Assembly (NCBI GenBank): GCA_041487615.1
Contig: JBGPNQ010000001.1
Coordinates: 1 to 55,254, forward strand
Reading direction: 5' to 3'
Length of the DNA: 55,254 nt
DNA from: Anaerolineae bacterium
GTDB lineage: Bacteria > Chloroflexota > Anaerolineae > Anaerolineales > Villigracilaceae
Below the pieces are notes generated by a model. That model was given only the letters and a program-made list of their open reading frames with translations. It was not told the origin of the DNA and did not search any database. This document shows, piece by piece, positions 47,841 to 55,254 of the stretch; the first letter of the stretch is position 1; each line of letters starts with the position of its first letter. The position numbers were made by a program, and so were the translations under genes.

Positions 47841-48956
47841 ATGTCAGGGCTAATTGCTCGTAACATCCCTTTTGAGCTTTACATGAACCTCATTTTTTTA
47901 CAGGTTTATGTAAATAATTCCAAAACGCTTTGGTTCAATGTAGATACAGGTCTCGAAACCTCAATTTTTGATTCGGAGCAAGCTGAAAGGGTGGGTCTGA
48001 AACTTGTGGATAAAAGCACTGTGACCATGCCGGGTGGAACCATTGAACTCGCTTTTGCAAATGATGTATCTTTGAAATTGTCTGAGATTGAACTCGCGAA
48101 TCAGCGAGTTCAGACTTTACCTTTGACCATTTTCGCACCCGTTCTGGGCCGTCCGATCCATGGAATACTTGGCCATGATCTGTTTAAGCGCTTCGTCGTT
48201 GAAGTCGATTATGAGCGGCAAATCATTAATCTATATGAGCCGACCGACTACCAATATTCAGGCAGCGGTGAAATTATCCCTGTCACAATTGAGAATGATG
48301 AACCTTTTATGCAGGCTAAAATCATTCAACCGGAGCGTGGGCCTATCGAAGCGAAACTAAAGATTGATACAGGCAGTACTGACGTACTCGGTCTGAATGG
48401 CTCTTTCGTTCAAAATGTGCAACTTGTAAATTCAACGCAAAAGGTTTTGCCGCAGCCTGGCGTAGCTCTTGGTGGTATTACTGAAAATTTTGTTACTCGT
48501 CTTGGCGGTCTGCAAATAGGCAATCTCTTTATCAATAACCCGGTCGCCGGATATTCCAAAGACTTAACGCGCGGTGGCGATGCTGGAACAATTGGTGGTG
48601 GCATCTTCCATCGCTTCAAGGTAATCTTCGACTATTCACGCGGGCAAATGATTCTTGAAAAGAACAAGTACTTTGACGAGCCCTATACCTATGATGCAAG
48701 CGGATTGTTTCTCGTTGCAGAAGGTGCCTACTTTGAATCGCTGAAAGTCCTTCGCATCACTGAAAATACGCCAGCAGCTGTCGCCGGATTGCTCGAAGGA
48801 GATATTATTCTGCAGATTGACAGTCAACCGACAAGAAAGTTTTCGTTAGAGCAAGTACGGCAGATGTTCGAGCAAGATGGACGAATATATAGCTTAACGA
48901 TTGAGCGAAACGGAAAAACAAGCGAAACTACTATCGAGTTGAGAAAATTAATCTAG
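47841..48956 (+). CDS. Tandem retropepsin-like aspartyl protease with C-terminal PDZ domain
   Basis: FNVDTG, GILG, KIDTGS, GTIG, TPAAVAGLLEGDIILQID. Confidence 0.85.
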   Translation: MSGLIARNIPFELYMNLIFLQVYVNNSKTLWFNVDTGLETSIFDSEQAERVGLKLVDKSTVTMPGGTIELAFANDVSLKLSEIELANQRVQTLPLTIFAPVLGRPIHGILGHDLFKRFVVEVDYERQIINLYEPTDYQYSGSGEIIPVTIENDEPFMQAKIIQPERGPIEAKLKIDTGSTDVLGLNGSFVQNVQLVNSTQKVLPQPGVALGGITENFVTRLGGLQIGNLFINNPVAGYSKDLTRGGDAGTIGGGIFHRFKVIFDYSRGQMILEKNKYFDEPYTYDASGLFLVAEGAYFESLKVLRITENTPAAVAGLLEGDIILQIDSQPTRKFSLEQVRQMFEQDGRIYSLTIERNGKTSETTIELRKLI

Positions 48957-49042
48957 AACACGGCTGACAAGTTGTTCGTGGCCTGACCTATAACGTATAG
49001 TTGTCAAATCTAACACCCCTTTTTCGCCGCGTTGACAATTCG

Positions 49043-50230
49043 TCAGCGCGGTTTGCTTTTCCATCCCGCATCACTCATTCCGTACATCCAATGGCTTCCC
49101 GGTTCTGAATCGTTCAATGTCATCTTCTTCGTTGCAAGAAACAATGGGAACGTGCAGATGATTTGCAGAAACAATCTGCCATATCCGATACGATCATCCA
49201 GCATCTGCATCAGCGCACGGCTAAGAATAGGGTTGCGCAGCCCGAGTTCAAAAAACAATCGTGGGGAGCGGTAGAACAGATCTGTCCATAGAAGCGCATG
49301 CCGATGGTTTCGCTGAATCGTCCGACGCAGGCGCGTTGCATATCGCTGAGGATCCCCCACCAGAATCGCCTCAGCAGCCATTCGTCCACTCTTGATCGCA
49401 AAACGGATTCCTTCGCCGGTGAATGGGTCCACAAAACCTGCCGCGTCACCTGCTATAAACGTTCGTGTGGTATTGATCTGTTCTCGATGTGTGTAGATCG
49501 GCAGGGGATGTCCACGCTGTGCGCCATCCAGTGAAATTCCATAGCGCTTCATTACGTGGGCCAATACTGATTGCAACTCGCCCGGTTTTGGACGCAGCGC
49601 TCCGATGCCCACGGACAAATGATCGGACTTCGGAAAGATCCAAAGATATCCAACATGCAAATCGCCAAAAATCAACATTGGATTTCCTGCAAAGCGTGCC
49701 TGAGTCTCGGTCGGGACCTTCGCTTCCACTTCAATTGCGCCTGCCATCACTTTTTGCGCGCGCAGACCGATCGAACGCGCGATGATGGAATTCGCTCCGT
49801 CCGCCGCGATCAAATAATCAGCAGCGATCCTTTCCCCGCCGCCGGTTGTTACTGTTACAGAGTCATTTCCTTCACTGACAGCTCTTACGGTCAGCCCATC
49901 ACGAACTTCAGCCTGTGCATGCTTCAAAAGATGCGCGTCGAAATCCGCACGCATCACCATGCGCAGCGATGAGTTTTGTAACGGGACGGTTACTATTTGA
50001 TTCCCAAACCCATACGAAATGCCGTGTACCTTCGACTCAATTACCGACTCAAATGAAAATGGGAATTGTTCCAGCACCCGCGCAGAAACCGCGCCACCAC
50101 AGGTCTTATAACGTGGCAAAGTCTCCTTCTCGAGCACGAGAACTTTTGCCCCTGCCCGTCCAAGAAAAAAAGCGGCAGTGGCTCCCGCAGGGCCACCGCC
50201 AACAATGATCACATCATATCGTTGATCCAT
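49043..50230 (-). CDS. Geranylgeranyl reductase family FAD oxidoreductase
   Basis: [46 protein letters not shown]. Confidence 0.88.
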   Translation of the reverse strand: MDQRYDVIIVGGGPAGATAAFFLGRAGAKVLVLEKETLPRYKTCGGAVSARVLEQFPFSFESVIESKVHGISYGFGNQIVTVPLQNSSLRMVMRADFDAHLLKHAQAEVRDGLTVRAVSEGNDSVTVTTGGGERIAADYLIAADGANSIIARSIGLRAQKVMAGAIEVEAKVPTETQARFAGNPMLIFGDLHVGYLWIFPKSDHLSVGIGALRPKPGELQSVLAHVMKRYGISLDGAQRGHPLPIYTHREQINTTRTFIAGDAAGFVDPFTGEGIRFAIKSGRMAAEAILVGDPQRYATRLRRTIQRNHRHALLWTDLFYRSPRLFFELGLRNPILSRALMQMLDDRIGYGRLFLQIICTFPLFLATKKMTLNDSEPGSHWMYGMSDAGWKSKPR

Positions 50231-50344
50231 AAAACATCCTGTAACGGACACGAATAAAGATAATATGGAATGATAACATCCTTTCCCAGGCAGGTGGGTT
50301 GTAAGTAGTAGCGTCCGGTTTTTACCTTTGGAAGGAGTGAGTCT

Positions 50345-51198
50345 ATGGATGAAGCCAAAGATGACCGCGTATTGGCTTTAACACGGATAGTTGCCGCCAG
50401 CATAATCGTGGTGCTTTTACTGGCTTTCGTGGCTCTCTACATCTTTCCCGATCACACTGATATAGATTTTGCATGGACGATTCTGCCGCGCACCTCGGCG
50501 CTGCTTATTGGCGCAGGCTATACTGCAGGCGCGTATTTTTTGCACGCCTCATTCTCGATAAGAAATGGCATCGCGTGCAAGCGGGCTTTCTTCCAATTAC
50601 CGCATTCACCATTTTCATGTTCGCGGCAACCATTCTGCATTGGGACCGGTTCCATCATGGCGCGCTTAACTTCTATTTGTGGACGATCATCTATGCTATC
50701 ACACCGCTCCTTGCGCCATTCATCTGGTGGCGCAATCAGCAAACGGGTGTCACAGATTTGGAAGAACAGGATGTACGTTTCTCTGCCTTCGTTCGGTCTG
50801 CGCTCAAGATGATTGGAATCGTCGGTGTTTTGGCCTTTGTGATCGTATTTATCCAACCGACTCTGCTCATTGCCATAGCGCCATGGAAGATGACACCGTT
50901 GACGGCTCGCATCTTTGCGGGCTGGACCCTCCTCACACTTTGCTCGATGGCATCTCTAGGCTTCGATGGGCGCTGGAGCGCCACACGCACGTTAATGGAA
51001 AGCGCCCTGGTTGGAATCGTCTTGTGTGTTCTTGCGTTGCCGCGTATGTGGGGTGATCTCAATCCTGCGAATCCCCTGACCTATGCTTTGGTAGGCGGTA
51101 TGGCTGTGACGTTGATCGCGTTCATCATAATCCATATACGAGTCGATAATTTAAGTCGGCAAATGCGAACGACAAAGAATCCCAGTGAAATCGCATGA
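50345..51198 (+). pseudogene. Frameshifted membrane protein gene (homolog of 6792..7610)
   Basis: First frame reads to ...AGYTAGAYF; second frame continues FARLILDKKW...; the junction is a T6 run at 50536..50541 and one more T would fuse them. Confidence 0.75.
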
Positions 51199-51785
51199 AA
51201 AGGATCACCTCTGGCACATGGATTGAGAATCCCGTTGCGGGTCAACGCGCCCTGCTTGTCAAATTGCCGGCGGAAACAGGTGGACGTTATTTTGAAATGG
51301 AATACATCTGTCAGCCTTTCACAGGCAAATACGCCATTCCACCGCATTATCATCCCGCCTGCACGGAACGATTTGAAATCCTCAGCGGCAAAGCGCGTTA
51401 TATGCTTGGGAAAGTCGAAAAAACGGCGGGTACTGGCGAGACTGTTCTTTTTCCGCCGGGCGTTGAGCGCATTCATCCATGGAGCGACAGCGATGAAGAG
51501 TTGCGCGCCCGCATGTTTAGCGAAGCCGACCCTCCGGATTTAGCCGGTTTGAATGCCAACATTAATACGGGCATTACCAATTTCGGTCTGGCACGTGACG
51601 GCAAAGTGGACAAGAACGGACTTCCTAACCTATTGCAACAAGCGGTTTGTGGGATTAAGAATATTCCCGGTGCGATTCCAGCCGGAATGTCACCAGGCAG
51701 TGCGCGAATCATGATCGGGTTCCTCGCCTGGGTGGGCCAGGTGGCGGGTTACCGTGCCACATATCCTGAATACGGCGAAGTCTAA
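51195..51785 (+). CDS. Cupin domain protein
   Basis: PPHYHP..TERFEILSG...GETVLFPPG..IHPW. Confidence 0.82.
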   Translation: MKRITSGTWIENPVAGQRALLVKLPAETGGRYFEMEYICQPFTGKYAIPPHYHPACTERFEILSGKARYMLGKVEKTAGTGETVLFPPGVERIHPWSDSDEELRARMFSEADPPDLAGLNANINTGITNFGLARDGKVDKNGLPNLLQQAVCGIKNIPGAIPAGMSPGSARIMIGFLAWVGQVAGYRATYPEYGEV

Positions 51786-51948
51786 GTCCGGCGGGCATTC
51801 CTTCTTCTCAGCATGCAGTTTTCTAAATAAATGATCGCCTTTTTTGCATTGCTCAAATCCCGATTTTCCGTTATACCGTAAATCTAATACTCCTCTTACG
51901 TCCCGCTGATGGTCGGTCAGCGCGGTTTTGTTATAATGCCCCAATTGG

Positions 51949-52011
51949 CGGACAGTGGACGAAGGACAGAAGATCGTATTGGACGGTCTATGGTCTACAG
52001 TCCACGGTCTG
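51949..52011. repeat. Heptamer-array hairpin, empty form, in the clpC leader
   Basis: CGGACAG TGGACGA AGGACAG-N14-CGGTCTA TGGTCTA CAGTCCA CGGTCTG. Confidence 0.7.
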
Positions 52012-52029
52012 TCGGAGGAATATAACCCC

Positions 52030-54504
52030 ATGATGCGATTTGACAGATTTACAGAAAGAGCACAGGAAGCCGCCCAGCGCGCAGCCGAGATCATCCAGCG
52101 CTACGGCCATAACCAGATCGACACGGAACACATCCTGCTGGCATTGATCGAACAGCCCGGCGGTGTCATTCCCCAAATTTTGGAAAAACTGAGCGTCAGC
52201 CCCGAAGCACTTACCGAACGGCTCGACGCCACCCTGCGCGCCAGCCCCAAGGCCAACATCTTCGGCGGCGGCGCAGGACAAATCTTCATCACACCTCGTG
52301 TGAAGAGAATTATCGATCTAGCCAACGAGGAGGCCAATCGTCTCAAGGACGAATACATCTCCACCGAACACATCTTCCTGGCCATCCTTACCGAACGGAA
52401 TACGCCCGCGGCCCGCATTTTAGAGTCGGCCGGTCTGACTCGTGATCGCGTCTATTCGGCGATCCAGGACCTGCGGGGCGGGCAGCGCGTCACGGACCCC
52501 CAGGCCGAATCTCGTTACCGGACGCTTGAAAAATATTCGCGCGATCTGACCCAGGCAGCACGTGAAGGCAAGCTTGATCCCGTGATTGGACGCGACAACG
52601 AGATCCTGCGCCTGATCCAGATTCTCTCCCGCCGCACGAAGAACAACCCTGTCCTGATCGGCGAAGCAGGCGTGGGTAAGACTGCCATCGCGGAAGGTCT
52701 CGCGCAGAAGATCGCCAACAACGACGTCCCTGAAATTCTTTCAGGCAAACGCGTCGTTCAGCTTGACCTCGGCTCGATGATCGCCGGTTCCCGTTTCCGC
52801 GGCGAATTTGAAGAACGACTCAAGGCCGTGATCGAGGAAGTTCAGCGTTCACAGGGTGAGATCATCCTGATGATCGACGAGTTGCACACCGTTGTCGGCG
52901 CGGGAGCAGCACAAGGCGCGATGGACGCGTCCAACATGCTCAAGCCCGCACTTTCCCGCGGAGAATTACAGACCATTGGTGCGACAACGCTCGACGAGTA
53001 TCACAAATATATTGAAAAAGACGCGGCACTCGAACGCCGCTTCGCACCGATCTATGTTGAAGAACCTACCGTGGATGACACGATCAAAATGTTGATGGGC
53101 CTGCGCGACCGCTATGAGGCGCACCACAAGGTCCGTTATGCAGACGATGCGCTGGTCGCTGCCGCCCGTCTGGCTGACCGCTATGTCACAGACCGGCGCC
53201 TGCCCGATAAGGCCATTGACCTGATGGACGAAGCCGCCGCGAAATTGCGCGTGGCTCTGTATTCCATGCCGCCGGATCTTAAGGCAATGAAAACCGAAAT
53301 TGATAAGTTCCAGGCTGAAGAGGAACAGGCAGGCTTGAACCGCGATTATGAACTCGCGGCAAAGAAAAAATCAGAACGCCTGCGACTCGAAGAGGAATAT
53401 CACGAGAAGCGCGACAAATGGGAAGCCGAACACCAGCTCGATGAAGTGGTGGATGTGGATGATATCGCCTCGGTCGTCAATCAGTGGACGGGCATCCCGC
53501 TCACCCAGATGCTGGAGAGCGAATCCGAAAAACTCCTGCACATGGAAGCGCGTCTGCACGAGCGCATCATTGGCCAGGAGGAGGCGATCCATGCCATCTC
53601 CGACGCGATCCGCCGCGCACGCTCCGGCCTGAAGGACCCATCACGTCCGATTGGTTCGTTCGTCTTTATCGGTCCATCGGGCGTTGGTAAAACAGAATTG
53701 GCCAAGGCGCTGGCCTGGTTCATGTTCGACGATGAAGAAGCGCTCGTGCGCATTGACATGTCCGAGTATCGCGAACAGCATACCGTGAGCCGACTCTTTG
53801 GCGCACCTCCGGGATACGTTGGGTATGAGGAAGGCGGTCAATTAACGGAAGCGGTCCGCAGGCGTCCGTACCGGGTGATCCTCTTCGATGAGATCGAGAA
53901 GGCCCATCCGGAAGTCTGGAATGCCCTGCTCCAAATCCTCGACGATGGCCGTCTGACCGACGGTCAGGGCAATATCGTGGACTTCCGCAATACGGTTCTG
54001 ATCATGACCTCGAACCTGGGGACTGAATATGTGAGGAAGGGAGGCACATTGGGCTTCCTCCAGCCAAAGGCATCCAATGAGGAGCGCGAGCAGCACGATA
54101 AGATCGAGAAAGCTCTCAAGGGCGCATTCCGTCCCGAGTTCCTCAACCGCATCGACGAGATCATCATGTTCTCGCCGCTTTCCATCGAACAAATGGAAGA
54201 GATCGTTGTCCTGCAAATGAAGGAAGTACAGGATCGCTTGAATGAATACAACATTACCGTTCAGATAACAGATGATGCACGTAAATGGCTTGCCAGGGCC
54301 GGCTATGATCCTGCGTTCGGTGCACGCCCATTACGAAGGGCAATCCAGAAAAATGTGGAAAGTCCGCTTTCGGTGGAACTGTTGAGTGGCAAATTCAAGG
54401 ACGGGGCCACCGTCCAGGTGGATGTAGATGAAGAGAACAGTAAGATCATCTTCCATGCATCCGAACCGATTAAGAAAAAGAGTAAACAACACGCAGAAGC
54501 GTAA
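52030..54504 (+). CDS. clpC: ATP-dependent Clp protease ATPase subunit, ClpC type
   Basis: Clp-N repeats, GEAGVGKT and GPSGVGKT, short UVR-like middle domain, TLGF ClpP-docking loop; SD GGAGG. Confidence 0.88.
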   Translation: MMRFDRFTERAQEAAQRAAEIIQRYGHNQIDTEHILLALIEQPGGVIPQILEKLSVSPEALTERLDATLRASPKANIFGGGAGQIFITPRVKRIIDLANEEANRLKDEYISTEHIFLAILTERNTPAARILESAGLTRDRVYSAIQDLRGGQRVTDPQAESRYRTLEKYSRDLTQAAREGKLDPVIGRDNEILRLIQILSRRTKNNPVLIGEAGVGKTAIAEGLAQKIANNDVPEILSGKRVVQLDLGSMIAGSRFRGEFEERLKAVIEEVQRSQGEIILMIDELHTVVGAGAAQGAMDASNMLKPALSRGELQTIGATTLDEYHKYIEKDAALERRFAPIYVEEPTVDDTIKMLMGLRDRYEAHHKVRYADDALVAAARLADRYVTDRRLPDKAIDLMDEAAAKLRVALYSMPPDLKAMKTEIDKFQAEEEQAGLNRDYELAAKKKSERLRLEEEYHEKRDKWEAEHQLDEVVDVDDIASVVNQWTGIPLTQMLESESEKLLHMEARLHERIIGQEEAIHAISDAIRRARSGLKDPSRPIGSFVFIGPSGVGKTELAKALAWFMFDDEEALVRIDMSEYREQHTVSRLFGAPPGYVGYEEGGQLTEAVRRRPYRVILFDEIEKAHPEVWNALLQILDDGRLTDGQGNIVDFRNTVLIMTSNLGTEYVRKGGTLGFLQPKASNEEREQHDKIEKALKGAFRPEFLNRIDEIIMFSPLSIEQMEEIVVLQMKEVQDRLNEYNITVQITDDARKWLARAGYDPAFGARPLRRAIQKNVESPLSVELLSGKFKDGATVQVDVDEENSKIIFHASEPIKKKSKQHAEA

Positions 54505-54517
54505 TCCGGATGGAACC

Positions 54518-54548
54518 AAAATCGCTGCCCTTTCAAGGCAGCGATTTT
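54518..54548 (+). terminator. Terminator after clpC
   Basis: AAAATCGCTGCC-loop-GGCAGCGATTTT. Confidence 0.8.
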
Positions 54549-54670
54549 GTTCTCATGATATATCTTGACGCGCACCTAAATTTGCTTAAGCGGGTTCATT
54601 TAAGAAAATATGAAATGAACAAAAATGTCAAGGTAACGTATTTATCAGGTCCGCAGGAAGGAGTTTTCTT

Positions 54671-55042
54671 ATGAAGATCAAAGGACTTGTCTGGCTGGGC
54701 ACCCGCACTTCAAACTTCGATGCGATGGTACATCTATATCAAAACATTATGGGGCTCGATATTACCCATCAGGAACCCGGTTTTGTTGTATGGGATTTAC
54801 CAAATGGCGACCGGGTGGAAGTCTTTGGCGACGAATCGCCGTATAACCCTTTCTTCACCAGCCCCGTTGCCGGCTTTCTTGTGGATGATATCGCCTCTGC
54901 CCGCGCCGAGATGGAATCACAGGGCATCGAATTTATCGGTCCCATTGAGACGGCTGAGGATGGCAATGCCTGGTCTCACTTCCGCGCACCCGACGGTTTT
55001 ATATATGAGCTTACTTATACGCCCACTCACCCATCTCAATAA
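54671..55042 (+). CDS. VOC/glyoxalase family protein
   Basis: GFLVDDIASARAEMESQGIEF...WSHFRAPDGFIYEL. Confidence 0.85.
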   Translation: MKIKGLVWLGTRTSNFDAMVHLYQNIMGLDITHQEPGFVVWDLPNGDRVEVFGDESPYNPFFTSPVAGFLVDDIASARAEMESQGIEFIGPIETAEDGNAWSHFRAPDGFIYELTYTPTHPSQ

Positions 55043-55097
55043 AAGCAGTCTTTCTGAAACGTAACCGGACTTTTTAATAGGTAGAAGGGAGTTTTCC

Positions 55098-55254
55098 ATG
55101 ATCACAATCCTGATTCGCTGGCTTGTCTTCCTGCACGTTTTATCGGCAATTACTTTTTTCCTTGCGCATGGCACTTCGGCGGCAATGGCGTTTCAAGTGC
55201 GTAAAGAGACGGATTTTGTTCGCATCCGGGCGTTGCTGGATCTCTCCTGGTCGA
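55098..55254 (+). CDS. Membrane protein (DUF2269-like), truncated at the right edge
   Basis: MITILIRWLVFLHVLSAITFFLAHGTSAAMAF...; open to the end of the window. Confidence 0.65.
   Translation, partial: MITILIRWLVFLHVLSAITFFLAHGTSAAMAFQVRKETDFVRIRALLDLSWS

Noticed and set aside
48957-49040. Possible integron attC site after the accessory block (ATCTAAC...GTTGAC)
   Set aside because: Too short, no convincing L/R box pairing, not repeated after the other genes, and no integrase.
1-55254. CRISPR array, tRNA/rRNA, transposase or integrase
   Set aside because: No regularly spaced direct repeats with unique spacers, no recognisable structural RNA gene and no recombinase motifs; the repeats are dispersed palindromes or short tandem units.

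Overview
Bacterial chromosomal window. Pro/Thr-linker lipoproteins, NBR1-Ig/CAP and DUF4179-like proteins and several palindromic repeat families suggest Chloroflexota, probably Anaerolineales (inference). From left to right: a CAP-domain lipoprotein; two tandem ECF sigma/anti-sigma pairs; infC-rpmI-rplT; macro-domain, TrmH, DUF711, nucleotidyltransferase and adenylate cyclase genes. A ~22 kb phosphate/polyphosphate/arsenic cluster follows, containing phoP-phoR, CHAD-sixA-ppk1, PHP-surE, arsC-arsR-arsP-trx-acr3, pstSCAB-phoU, a second pst system with two PstB genes, and a second arsC. After it come a TMADH/histamine-dehydrogenase-like flavoprotein, a nicotinamidase/NAPRT pair, FHA, AI-2E, S58 peptidase, holin-like and GNAT genes, an accessory block with two proteases, a geranylgeranyl-reductase-family gene, a frameshifted membrane gene with a cupin, clpC and a VOC gene. 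No rRNA, tRNA, CRISPR array, transposase or integrase was seen. Best leads beyond the ORF track: (1) two unannotated paralogous 33-38 aa membrane peptides (ME-x16-DTxQKRxxFL) in the Pho cluster; (2) an 11-bp-periodic TTAAC Pho-box-like array at five promoters, including arsC; (3) a four-helix-bundle gene between inverted heptamer arrays, with empty copies of the same hairpin elsewhere; (4) a PstB pair with complementary degenerate ATPase motifs; (5) a shared promoter motif upstream of both ECF sigma genes.
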